Shown: positions 18,190 to 30,268 of the stretch, one piece after another | How positions within the stretch are numbered: position 1 is the first letter of the stretch | Layout of the letters: each line of letters starts with the position of its first letter | Origin: Eledone cirrhosa | Taxonomy: Eukaryota | Assembly (NCBI GenBank): GCA_964016885.1 | Contig: OZ024747.1 | Location: 46,252,001-46,316,000 of the forward strand | DNA: 64,000 nucleotides | Reading direction: 5' to 3' | Translations under genes and position numbers: made by a program | Notes under the pieces: model-generated | Told to the model about the DNA's origin: nothing | What the model saw: the letters and a program-made list of their open reading frames with translations, nothing else | Databases searched by the model: none

Positions 18190-18377
18190 ATAATAAACAA
18201 TACAATATAATTACCTCATTACTAGAGGTTTCCCGAACAGGACGAATACAAGAGACGTCCGCATTCGTTCGTCAGACAAGGCAATTATTATACAATTATT
18301 ATACATTAAATATTTACCTCTGTAACTTACATAGAGCACTCTTCATTCCTTTTACTTTTTCCACGGAAATTTCAATA

Positions 18378-18379
<2 letters not shown>
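18190..18379. mobile_element. Short (TA)n-inserted element with minus-strand hammerhead-like motif at 18207-18288
   Basis: Minus strand: ataattgccttgt-CTGACGA-a cgaatgcggacg..cgtcctgttcg g-GAAA-cctctag-TA-atgaggtaattat. Stem I is 13 bp including GU pairs. Confidence 0.65.
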
Positions 18380-18444
<65 letters not shown>

Positions 18445-18584
18445 AGGGTTGACGGACCCAGCATATTTATCAATGCGAGTACCGGTTGTATCTCAGTGCA
18501 CTCAATAGGCAATGTAAGATACATTACCAGAGTATACACATAGTTATTTGCCTCAACACACGTAAATCGGGTGCCTATGAGGTT

Positions 18585-18694
18585 CCCGGACTCGAGTTTC
18601 TGCAGCACTAATGCAGCAGTAAGGTGCACTGCACCATCTGTCTGCATATATTATGCAACAATGCACAATCGGCTTATGCTGCTTCATCAGCGGG
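18585..18694 (-). ncRNA. Hammerhead ribozyme (downstream copy of retrozyme-like element)
   Basis: Minus strand: cccg-CTGATGA-a gcagca..(83-nt stem II region)..tgctgc a-GAAA-ctcgag-TC-cggg. GUC triplet, predicted cut between 18589 and 18588. Confidence 0.82.
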
Positions 18695-19424
18695 TATCGC
18701 CTAATCAATAACCAATCGATCGACATAATCCAAACACCGGCCCACGCCGGTCATGACTCTTTGTGACAACCGACACGGTAAAGCGATTAACTGGCAACCG
18801 ATAGGACTTTATCTCTCAACTATCCACTGATTTACAAATTTTACGTGGGGACGGGAAGCTAAAAGGAATCAATCTTTTCGTTCCCGTCAAAAGTCTCAGC
18901 CAACGTGTCTCACACACAAATTATCAAGGGGTGAAAAGATGGCCATTAGAAATAGCAGTTCACATTGATAAAACATAGAATGGTAGCATTCGGTTCATGT
19001 CTCCAAGCCGCATGGCTAGAGGAAAGCGATGGTAACAATGGTAGTGCCAAGAACCTTTAATGGACTTTAAATGCCATCATCCATTATATAACATTATAGT
19101 AGCGAGCTGAAATGTACCAGCCACGTGCGTAGATGACCAGTCTAATTCACAACTTAAAAGAGTGAGAGACAAAATTAGTAGCAGGAAAAAGAGTGCATAT
19201 CAAAACAAAAACAGAATAAAAAGTGAAAAATTGTTTAACTTACTCTCAATATTCCGCTCGTTGGGAGATAATAATAATAAGGGTTGACGGACCCAGCATA
19301 TTTATCAATGCCAGTACCGGTTGTATCTCAGCACACTCAATGGGCAATGTAAGATACATTACCAGAGTATACACATAGTTATTTGCCTCAACACAACACA
19401 CGTAAAACGGGTGCCTATAAGGTT

Positions 19425-19534
19425 CCCGGACTCAAGTTTCTGCAGCACAAATGCAGCAGTAAGGTGCACTGCACCATCTGTCTGCATATATTATGCAACA
19501 ATGCACAATCGGCTTATGCGGCTTCATCAGCGAG
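19425..19534 (-). ncRNA. Hammerhead ribozyme (upstream copy of retrozyme-like element)
   Basis: Minus strand: ctcg-CTGATGA-agccgca...tgctgca-GAAA-cttgag-TC-cggg. Predicted cut between 19429 and 19428. Confidence 0.78.
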
Positions 19535-20291
19535 TATCGCCTAATCAATAACCAATCGATCGACAGAATCCAAACACCAGCCCATGCCGGTTATGACTGT
19601 TTGTGACAACCGACACGGTAAAGCGATTAACTGGCAACCGATAGGACTCTATCTCTCAACTAGCCACTGATTTATAAATTTTACGTGAGGACGGGAAGCT
19701 AAAAAGAATCAATCTATTAGTTCCTGTCAGAAGTCTCAGTCAACGTGTCTCACACACAAATTATCAAGGGGTGAAAAGATGGCTATTATATATATATGTA
19801 TCGATATTATGAATATTTCTTTAGGTTATGTCGGTTTCGTCCGGTAAGCAGGTCTTAATGGTGTTAAAAACTAAATATTTAAAAAATAAATATTTAAGCC
19901 GAGAAAATATAATTAATTAAAATTAAACTTTTACTGATAAAAACAACCATTAGTTAATTCTGGTAAGACGGGAGACAACAATGAAAATTAATTAAATAAT
20001 TAATTAACCTTAATTAAATATAGATTATGTTGTAGAGCGAATCGGATATCTAGTAATATGTACATATATATAGATACAGAAACATATGCACGTGTAAACA
20101 TATAATTAAAAATGTACACGACCACATATTCAATAACACCATATCTGTACACACATATATATATACATACATACATTCATACATACATACATACATACAT
20201 GCTTATTCATCTAGTTGATGTTATCTAAATTCAAACGAGTGTTGTTTTTATGTTAGAAACTGACTTTCTTAATATAGGTGACACTTTATAA

Positions 20292-20568
20292 AATAATTGT
20301 TTCTACGTTTGGCACAAGGCCAGCAAATACCCAGTGCATTACTGGTACTTTATTTTATCGAGCCTGTAAGGATGAAAGGCAAAGTTAACCTCGGCGGGAT
20401 TTGAACTCAGAGTGGCAAGGGCCGTAACTCTATGCGTCAAAGCATGGCGTCCGACCCTCTACCGCTACTGCTAATCCAAATGGAATTTGAACTAAGAACG
20501 TAAAGGGGTGTAACTCTATGCTGCGAAGCATGTTGCCCGACGATATATCGATACTGCCAATCCACCAT

Positions 20569-20629
<61 letters not shown>

Positions 20630-20860
20630 GCACACACACACATCTATATATATATATATATATATAATAGTTTCTTATATAGGTACAAGGCCATTAAATC
20701 AAGGCGATTAAATCGACCCCAGTGCGTGACTGGTACTTTATTTTATCGACCCCGCAAGGATGAAAGGCAAAGTTAACCTCGGCAGGATTTGAACTCAGAA
20801 TATAAAGGGCCGTAACTCTATGCTGCAAAGCAAGGCGTCCGACCCTGTACCGATACTGCC
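20292..20860 (-). mobile_element. Cluster of SINE family A copies (two full, one partial)
   Basis: 20292-20478, 20479-20570 and 20664-20860. Confidence 0.85.
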
Positions 20861-21826
20861 ATATATAATGAAAAGCAATATATAAGACGATAAAATATAA
20901 GGATAAAATATAAGTGACAAAATTAGCAGATATTGTTCTTCAATACACAAATATATAATACATATTTCTATCTTATCCCTCACTTATAAACGTATATTGT
21001 TAAGAAACTTATGGTAGTCATATAATATTTACGAGTTAAATGCGAATGTAAATGTCGCAAGATCTCATTGAAAGTGAAAGACAACAACAAACTAAAATTT
21101 CCTGGACATTATTATTAATACATTAATTTAGAAGAGCACTGGTGCACTGGATTAAGCCCCTTTCCTTAAGAAAATCTCTCCCGAAGCTCCGTTAATATAA
21201 GTAATATAAATAACATAAGTAGTATAATAGAGCTGATGTGGTAGACTATACTTTTAATGTGGATAGTAGCATTAGTTGAGTGTATTTGTTCTGGCTCTTA
21301 ACAGCCAGATTTTAAATCCCACCGAGGTCGAATTTACCTTCTTTGGATCGATAAAATAACGTATCTGTGAAGTACTCGATTGATTTAATCAAATTTGCTG
21401 GCCTTGTGCCTAAATTAGAAATCAATATAATTTCGTGCTTCATCCAAGTTCAATTTGTTATGAATTTCATGGTAAATATCATACATCGAATACTTTTATT
21501 GTCTACATTATCATAGGAGATAATTTTTGAAATATTCGGGATATATGAAGAATCACTTCCTTACATTAAACAAAAGATCATTCTCTTAACGAATATTTTA
21601 CGTAGCGACTAACTGTCTATAAAATTCTAAAACATTCGAGTAATAATTTAGTCTTCTAACACTACACAACTGATTTTGTTTTATGTTGTTGTGGCTGATT
21701 GTTACACTGTGTTGCACTGATTTCATTAAAAGTTAAATATCACTAAAAATAGAAATATTTGTAATGCGTTTTTCATATTCTACGACAAAAAACAAACCAG
21801 CAAAAACAAAAACAACAATACTATAT

Positions 21827-21929
21827 TTATGAGAGGACTCTGGATGAATTAACAGACATTATCTCTTGGAAAAGCGGATCCAGAGATGAAGCTTTTGTTG
21901 GTGGAATAGACTTAGTAACAAGCCATACA
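21827..21929 (-). other. Candidate terminal exon (VWLVTKSIPPTKASSLDPLFQEIMSVNSSRVLS*)
   Basis: Minus-strand acceptor tttttacatttactttccag followed by 33 open codons. Product not recognised. Confidence 0.2.
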
Positions 21930-24047
21930 CTGGAAAGTAAATGTAAAAACTTAATAATTTAACATCTTTTCTCTTTCTTTCATCCTTCTCTCTCTCCTTC
22001 TTTGACTGCCCATTTGCTCTCTTTGGCCGCCTACATGTCCTATTTTCTTTCTCTTTCTCTTCTTTCTTTCCTAAGTCCAGATACCTTTCCGCTCGAAGCA
22101 TGTTTAAAATCTACAGCTTATATCTGAGAAAATACGTAGTAATCTCCTATGTTTCAGTCGATAAAAGTAGATTTCCCTTGAATATTTAATAATCTAACAG
22201 TTTTTACCTCACATATATCACTCAATGAGTGAATAACTAACAATTTGGCCATGACATGTGAGTATTAATTGATTTTCCCCTCCATATCTGAAGTTTAATT
22301 CAATCAATTCCTATGTGTTTAAATGTTGTTAATCATGAAGTGCAGTGCTAACTTTCCTATCCACTCTTGTCTTAAATTATTAATGTTTACAAACCACTGA
22401 GAGAGCCTCTATGCTATCACGTCACCTGTTAGACATAGAAGCAAAACATCCCTTAAATCAGCTTTAAAAAACAAAGCAAATGACGTACATTGATAGTGTT
22501 CTAGAAATGTAGTATAAACCCGTAACCCCTGGGAGGGACGCCGTAGTGACAGGCAGTGTTTTAAACCTGGCGGAGCCCATTCCTCTCCAGGTCTGAGCAT
22601 TGCCAATTTCTTCCACAGAAGAGAGAGTGGTAGATGGGAAATGAAAAAAAGAGAGTGAAAGAATTGACCCCAGTATTAGACTGGTATATTTTTATCGATC
22701 TCGAACGGGTGAAAGGAAAAGTTGTCCTCAGCGGGTTTTGAACTCTTAGCGCAGAAAACCGGAACAAATACCTCAAAGAATTATATCCGATGTTCTAACG
22801 CCTTAGCACTTTTGTTTTAGAAACAATATGTCTAAAAAAAAAAAAACCCTGTGCCGTCGCTCAACTTGCTAGAATTATAGACAAATGTTCTTATAAAAGA
22901 CTGTTTTCTTAAAAAAGACCACATTGGATAATGTAGTGTTAGACACAAGAAGATGATTTAGTCATGGCTGGAATGAATTTAATTATAAGTTTGAACAATC
23001 AGCGATACCTTGGAAACTACACAACAGCAACAATAATATACGTAATTACTTGACCAGTTAGAAATAGCCGCGAAATCTACCTCAAATAACACTCTTAAAA
23101 TGAATAGGCACATTGAATTATATTCATAGTTCAAAGAACTTCGATCAGAGGTTTGCTCAATCTATACTTGGAATTAATCAACAACAGCATTATACAAATT
23201 CTATTTCCATACTTTAGTATTTTGAAAACCTTCTCATATCATACTCCTTTCGTGACCATATTTCTTAGGAAATACACATCATTTCAATAGATTAATGAGT
23301 ACTTTTGAAGGATTTACAAAATGTACAAATATAATTTTATCAAATAGTAAGTTACCATATGGCTCTTATATAAAATTATTTTAGAAGATTTTTATTTAAA
23401 TAATAACCATTTGAATTGAGTGGTTTTGTTTCATTCAACCAGAGCGGGTTTCGACCAGGTTAGTCTCAAATGGGTTAAATGGAATGGGCCTGGAATGGAT
23501 CTTCGTCGGCTTTTATGATGAATGTCCCAGTTGTTCAATCAATGGAACAGCCTTCTCATGAAATTAATGTGTAAATTACTGAACATTCCACAGACGTGTT
23601 GATTTAACGTAATTCTCAGGGAAAATCAGCGTGGCATTGTGTGATAAGTATGTTCCTTTGAATTTCATGTGCAGTCCATTCAACAGGCTTCCAAACAGTT
23701 TCCGCCTACAAATTTCACTCACAAAGTATGGATCAACCGAATGAGATGCCAAGTAGTAACATCGAACCCGAGATCTAATGATTGCGAAGCGAACCTTTTA
23801 ACCATTCGTGCATGTTGCGTTCACAATGATGAATACTTGTATTAATTGAAGAAACTATCAATTCTATTAACATAGAGAACAGATATATGAATTTGACACG
23901 TAGCAGTGTTATATAGCTATCCGTGACGATCACACTTTTACAGAGAGTGCTAACTCACTAGAGTTTTCTTAGCAGGCAAACAGCGAAATATGTTTACAAA
24001 GGTTGATTCAATCAAGCTGACTCTTGCTTTCAACCTTGTTCAAGAAA

Positions 24048-24946
24048 AGTACATAGATTTATCATTACAAAGTACATATATTTGTCATTACACATTACAT
24101 AGATTTATCATTACAAAGTACATATATTTGTCATTACACATTACATAGATTTATCATTATAAAGTACATATATTTGTCATTACACATTACATAGATTTAT
24201 CATTACAAAGTACATATATTTGTCATTACACATTACATAGATTTATCATTACAAAGTACATATATATGTCATTACACATTACATAGATTTATCATTACAA
24301 AGTACATGTATTTGTCATTACACATTACATATATTTATCATTACAAAGTACATATATTTGTCATTACACATTACATAGATTTATCATTACAAAGTACATG
24401 TATTTGTCATTACACATTACATATATTTATCATTACAAAGTACATATATTTGTCATTACACATTACATATATTTATCATTACAAAGTACATATATTTATC
24501 ATTACAAAGTACATATATTTATCATTACAAAGTACATATATTTGTCATTACACATTACATATATTTATCATTACAAAGTACATATATTTGTCATTACACA
24601 TTACATAGATTTATCATTACAAAGTACATATATTTGTCATTACACATTACATAGATTTATCATTACAAAGTACATATATTTGTCATTACACATTACATAT
24701 ATTTATCATTACAAAGTACATATATTTGTCATTACACATTACATAGATTTATCATTACAAAGTACATATATTTGTCATTACACATTACATAGATTTATCA
24801 TTACAAAGTACATATATTTGTCATTACACATTACATATATTTATCATTACAAAGTACATATATTTGTCATTACACATTACATAGATTTATCATTACAAAG
24901 TACATATATTTGTCATTACACATTACATAGATTTATCATTACAAAG
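24048..24946. repeat. 46-bp minisatellite (dimer of two 23-bp monomers), about 19 copies
   Basis: aagtacatatatttgtcattaca + cattacatagatttatcattaca. Confidence 0.95.
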
Positions 24947-25299
24947 CTAAATCGAAAAATGGTATCAGTGCACTTAGAACTACATCGATATACATATAAT
25001 TAGATCAAATATTGCTGGCGGATTCTCTGTCGGGGTTAACAAGGAGAATTTAATCGTTGCGTTAACTAAGTTTGAGTTAAAAGACAGAAGAACACTTAAT
25101 GCAGTTTTCACACCGAATTATTTCGATGCAATTTGACAAATATGGATCGCTGAATTACATGATCTATCAAGTGATAACAATCGATCACTATAGATGATAT
25201 TTGAGAGAATTGATAATTTTTCTCAACTATTATCTATTGTGTTTGACTATTATTTACAGTTACTTTTGTTGTATTTGGCTCTCTCACATTTCCATATAC

Positions 25300-25381
<82 letters not shown>

Positions 25382-25602
25382 GTTTCAAACTTTATTTTAT
25401 CATGAGTTAAAGGTCTATAGATTTTTCCCTGGAATTTACTAAATTCTGTGATGAATTTATATCCTGATTCTCTTTTGAGATGAGTTTGAGTTATTTTTCC
25501 TAAATCTTTCGTTAACTACTTTTCCCATCTTGACGTTATAGTCGCATATATGTTATAGAATGCCGTTAGCTTCTTGCTAAAACAATCTCTATACCTCTCA
25601 TT

Positions 25603-25636
<34 letters not shown>

Positions 25637-25890
25637 TGGGGTATATAAAACGTTCTTAGTACTGGTTTGTTACGTTATTTACCCCTAAAAGTGTAAATTG
25701 ATAGTAAGCAGGTACAATAATCATTTAAACTTGGAACACAATGAACTGCAACAAACACGGCAAATCCTTTTATCCGACGCTCTACTAATTCTGCCAATTC
25801 CCCGTCTTCAAAACATTTTCAGAAAAACAAAATATGTAAGACATCAAATCTAGTTTTAACCACTCAAAAGTTTTAATTTATCTTTTAAGG

Positions 25891-26207
25891 CAGTCATGGG
25901 CAACCTGCGGGGTGCATGCGGCCTACGGGCCGCATGCACCCCGCCAAGCTTTCTGAATGGCTCGCTTAAGTCACCTAAGTGAAATCTTTCTGATTTTTTT
26001 ACCTCAACTTTTCAGTCGTAATTTATCTTTCTATCATTTTTACGATCGAGGAAAACAACGTGTACGAATTCTGAAGAAACAAATCAAAACAACTTGAGTT
26101 ACCGCCCTTTTTAATGTGCGCATGAATGTAAATTAGCACTTGCGGCCCGCTTGATGATGAGCCATATCTCATGCGGCCTGCTTCTCGAAAAAGGTTGCCT
26201 ATGTCTG
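25891..26207. mobile_element. hAT (Charlie-like) MITE, 317 bp
   Basis: Imperfect TIRs CAGTCATGGGCAACCT / AGGTTGCCTATGTCTG. Perfect 8-bp TSD TTTTAAGG (25883-25890 and 26208-26215). Subterminal GCGGCC motifs. Confidence 0.9.
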
Positions 26208-26419
26208 TTTTAAGGCATTAGTCATAAATGAATAAGAATGTGCATTTTATTTCACAAGATACATACTTTGTCGCTTTTTATTCTCGGCATTGAAAATACC
26301 GTAAACATGTAATTTGCATATTGGAAGCCTTCAACTAATAACACCTTTATTTTAAGAAGGCGATATAATTAAAATTGAAGATTTATATTTTTATCCCAAC
26401 CTGGACAGATTTTAAGGAC

Positions 26420-26598
26420 AAAACCAATCGGGAAGAGTCTCAGGGGTCAACACCGAGCAGGATGGTTGGATAACATCCATGAGCTTGGCTGGTCCCGCAT
26501 CAGTTGGAGACGGTTGTCTCTGACAGAAGCCGCTGGGTTGTTTGAGGACTCTGCCCTCACGACCCTCTCAGGAATAAGTGGTCGAAGAACAAGAAGAA
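26420..26598 (+). mobile_element. 3' end of an RTE-like LINE (second family)
   Basis: [19 protein letters not shown] resembles the RTE GxRxRGRPxxRWxD motif. Homologous copy at 55860-56006. Confidence 0.6.
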
Positions 26599-26626
26599 TA
26601 TATCTATATCAATATCTCTCTATATA

Positions 26627-26754
<128 letters not shown>

Positions 26755-26908
26755 CAAAGATTAATATGGTTCGTTGATTACTCAACGAATACAATTTTAT
26801 AATAGATTAGAAGCACTCAACAAGAGATTTTCTTGAGTGTTTAATATTATTCAAAATGTTAATAAATGAAAAATAATCTCATAATCAAAATATATATTTT
26901 ATTATACA

Positions 26909-27979
26909 TTAGCATTAAAGCCCGGCGTTGCTCGGGGTCATTAAGTTACCAAAGTTAGGTTGCACCACCCATTTTATGGCAGCACTTGTCTGCCAGGCAC
27001 TGGGTGAATGAATTGCAGACCTGGAAGCAGGAGCTGCGCCAGCAGTGACAATTGTAGTTTCGCCTATGGATATTATCTCTGTGCAAAAAAGTGTTGAAAT
27101 TTATTGTTTCACAGTACTTGCGCAACACGCGCGTAGACGATGCCAGCCGAACAACAGAGCTGCGATGGAGTTGTTCTGCATGGTTGTCTGTGTGTTTTCT
27201 AAATTTAAGACAGTAGGGAGGGTTGTGATATGAGGGAGAGTTAGCTGTTGTTTCTAGCAGGTTTAGTGACCTCATAGAGGATATGTGTTTTCTAAATTTA
27301 AGACAGTAGGGAGTGGTGTGATATGGGGGAGAGTTAGCTGCTGTTTCTAGCAGGTTTTGTGACCTCATAGAAGATATGTTTTCTAAATTTAAGACAGTAG
27401 GGAGGGGTGTGGTATGGGGGAGAGTTAGCTGCTGTTTCTAGCAGGTTTAGTGACCTCATAGAAGATATGTTTTCTAAATTTAAGACAGTAGGGAGTGGTG
27501 TGATATGGGGGAGAGTTAGCTGCTGTTTCTAGCAGGTTTAGTAACCTCATAGAGGATATGTGTTTTCTAAATTTAAGACAGTAGGGAGTGGTGTGATATG
27601 GGGGAAAGTTAGTTGCTGTTTCTAGCAGGTTTAGTAACCTCATAGAGGATATGTGTTTTCTAAATTTAAGACAGTAGGGAGTGGTGTGAACGGACAGTTT
27701 CACCATCAAGCTTGGAAAGAGAAAGTAGCAGAAAGTATGAAGTTGTATAGATTTTGAATGGTAGTAGAAAGAGTTCAGCAGTTTAAATGACAGAGAAAAA
27801 TCGTAAAATATTGAGTTTTATCTATTTTTTGCGTAATTGTGGGTGAAATTGAAAAAATTATCTGCGTCAAGACGCAATCCAAGCTATTTCGAATTCTGAA
27901 TTGTAAATTTCAATTAAAGAAATTCTATATCGTAGATTTCTATAACGAAGGAGCATGACCACACACTGAGCTTTATAGA
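26909..27979 (-). mobile_element. Non-autonomous Helitron
   Basis: Minus strand starts TC after an A and ends CTAA before a T. GC hairpin cccgagcaacgccggg lies 8 nt before the CTRR end. No TSD. Confidence 0.75.
27191..27688. repeat. 91-93-bp tandem repeat (about 5.3 copies) inside the Helitron
   Basis: Unit gttttctaaatttaagacagtagggagtggtgtgatatgggggagagttagctgctgtttctagcaggtttagtgacctcatagaggatatgt. Confidence 0.95.
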
Positions 27980-28083
27980 TTATGATATTTCAAAGGTACT
28001 ATGGTGATAAAGTACGTTTTCATCAGACAAAATATAAGATTTGATATGTGACATACCGCTACGGTTTTTATTATTCAATTCCA

Positions 28084-28540
<457 letters not shown>

Positions 28541-28591
28541 GATATATATATATAATATAAGATCAAAAGATGGTTAAAAGAGTTCGATGTA

Positions 28592-28661
28592 TTTTATTAT
28601 GCGCATTTCAAAAACAAATATCATCATCATGAGATGACATTTGCGTTTTCGTCAGATAAAA
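28592..28661 (-). ncRNA. Hammerhead ribozyme (left arm of palindrome)
   Basis: Exact reverse complement of 28784-28853. Confidence 0.82.
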
Positions 28662-28783
28662 TAGGGATACATGATATGAAGCTTAAAAATCACTTGTGAA
28701 TAGCGAAGTTTTAAATCAACATATGTTGATTTAAAACTTCGCTATTCACAAGTGATTTTTAACCTTCATATCATGTATCCCTA

Positions 28784-28853
28784 TTTTATCTGACGAAAAC
28801 GCAAATGTCATCTCATGATGATGATATTTGTTTTTGAAATGCGCATAATAAAA
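28784..28853 (+). ncRNA. Hammerhead ribozyme (right arm of palindrome)
   Basis: ttttat-CTGACGA-stem II-GAAA-tgcgca-TA-ataaaa. Confidence 0.82.
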
Positions 28854-28976
28854 TACATCGAACTCTTTTAACCATCTTTTGATCTTATATTATTTATACT
28901 CCAGTCCTACAAACTGTAGAGTGCTACTTATCCGATATCTGCATTGCTTTATTGTACTACAATAAAACTCACCTCC

Positions 28977-29047
<71 letters not shown>

Positions 29048-29189
29048 GAGAGAGAGAGAGAGGGGCGGGAAGAGAGAATTAGAGTGACATCAATGTATGT
29101 GTTTATTTGGTAGCATCGACCAGTTCGTGTATGTGTTTGTGTTCGTTTTCGCCTCCCTCTCTCTTTGTATATATATATATATATATATA

Positions 29190-29276
<87 letters not shown>

Positions 29277-29377
29277 AGTGGACGTACGCAAACAAACCTT
29301 TGTACATTCATTTTAATATGATCATAATTATATATGGTCATTCATATAGGCACCAAGACTAAAATGTTTGTTTTTAT

Positions 29378-29408
<31 letters not shown>

Positions 29409-29409
29409 G

Positions 29410-29455
<46 letters not shown>

Positions 29456-30043
29456 CTTTCTATATGTTCGTGAATATGTGTGTATGTGCACGTGTCTATG
29501 TTTTTGAATATGTACGCGTGTGTGTGTGTACATGTGTGTATGTGTGTGTATGAGTGTGTGTCAGTGTGTCTGTGTGTCTGAGTGTGTGTGTACATGTGTG
29601 TATATGTGTGTATATGTGCGTGTATGAGTGTGTGTCTGTGTGTCTGTATGTGTCTGTCTGTCCGTGTCCGTGAACAATGAGTACTTTTGTACAAATGCTT
29701 GTCACTGTAAAATGCATTTTGTACCGTGTGGCTACTGTTCATCTACAATGTTGGGAAATACGTGATTATACTCTATTAGATTTTCTTTCAATATGTTCAC
29801 CCACTTGTGAGACTACCTTTCTCATGAGTATGAATTTCAGTTGCGGCGTTCATTTTCACACTTCATAAATCTCCTGGTAGGTTCTTCCGTGAAACAGAGC
29901 TCTGACTGAATCTTCTATGCTTACTGACAGGTGAACATATCCTCATTCTGCTACAAAGATAAACTCAATCACTTATAGTTTTCTATTCAATAATATCTTA
30001 ATTTATTTTTCATCATATTACATTCTAATATTGAGCGAATGGA

Positions 30044-30268
30044 GGGCGGTGGATTGGCAGTAGAATCGGTAGAGGGTCGGACAAAATGCTATATGGCATA
30101 GGGTTACGCCCCTTTACGATCTGAGTTCAAATCCTGACGAAGTTAGCTTTGCCTCTCATCCTTATGGGGTCAACAAAATAAAGTACCAGTAATTTACTGG
30201 AGTCGATTTAATCAATTTTCACCTCCCCTAAAATTGTTGGCCTTGTGCCTAAATCAGAAACAAATATT
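30044..30268 (+). mobile_element. SINE family A (long form)
   Basis: Matches consensus, including the gtcgatttaatc..ccc segment. Confidence 0.85.

Larger units (their letters stand above)
18440..19786 (-). mobile_element. Retrozyme-like non-coding element: about 510-bp direct repeats with one hammerhead each, inserted in (TA)n
   Basis: 18440-18945 is a near-identical copy of 19275-19785, with a unique spacer of about 330 bp. Each repeat has an HHR on the minus strand. No credible ORF. Confidence 0.85.
28552..28980 (+). mobile_element. Non-autonomous PLE pseudo-LTR insertion forming a 342-bp palindrome
   Basis: Homologous to 45680-45940. 28552-28722 is the reverse complement of 28723-28893 with one mismatch. 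Flanked by (TA)n. Confidence 0.9.

Noticed and set aside
19820-19860. Minus-strand ggacGAAAccgac as another hammerhead
   Set aside because: No CTGANGA core or stem I found
29700-29960. Possible minus-strand exon in unique sequence
   Set aside because: Stops in all frames and no recognisable product
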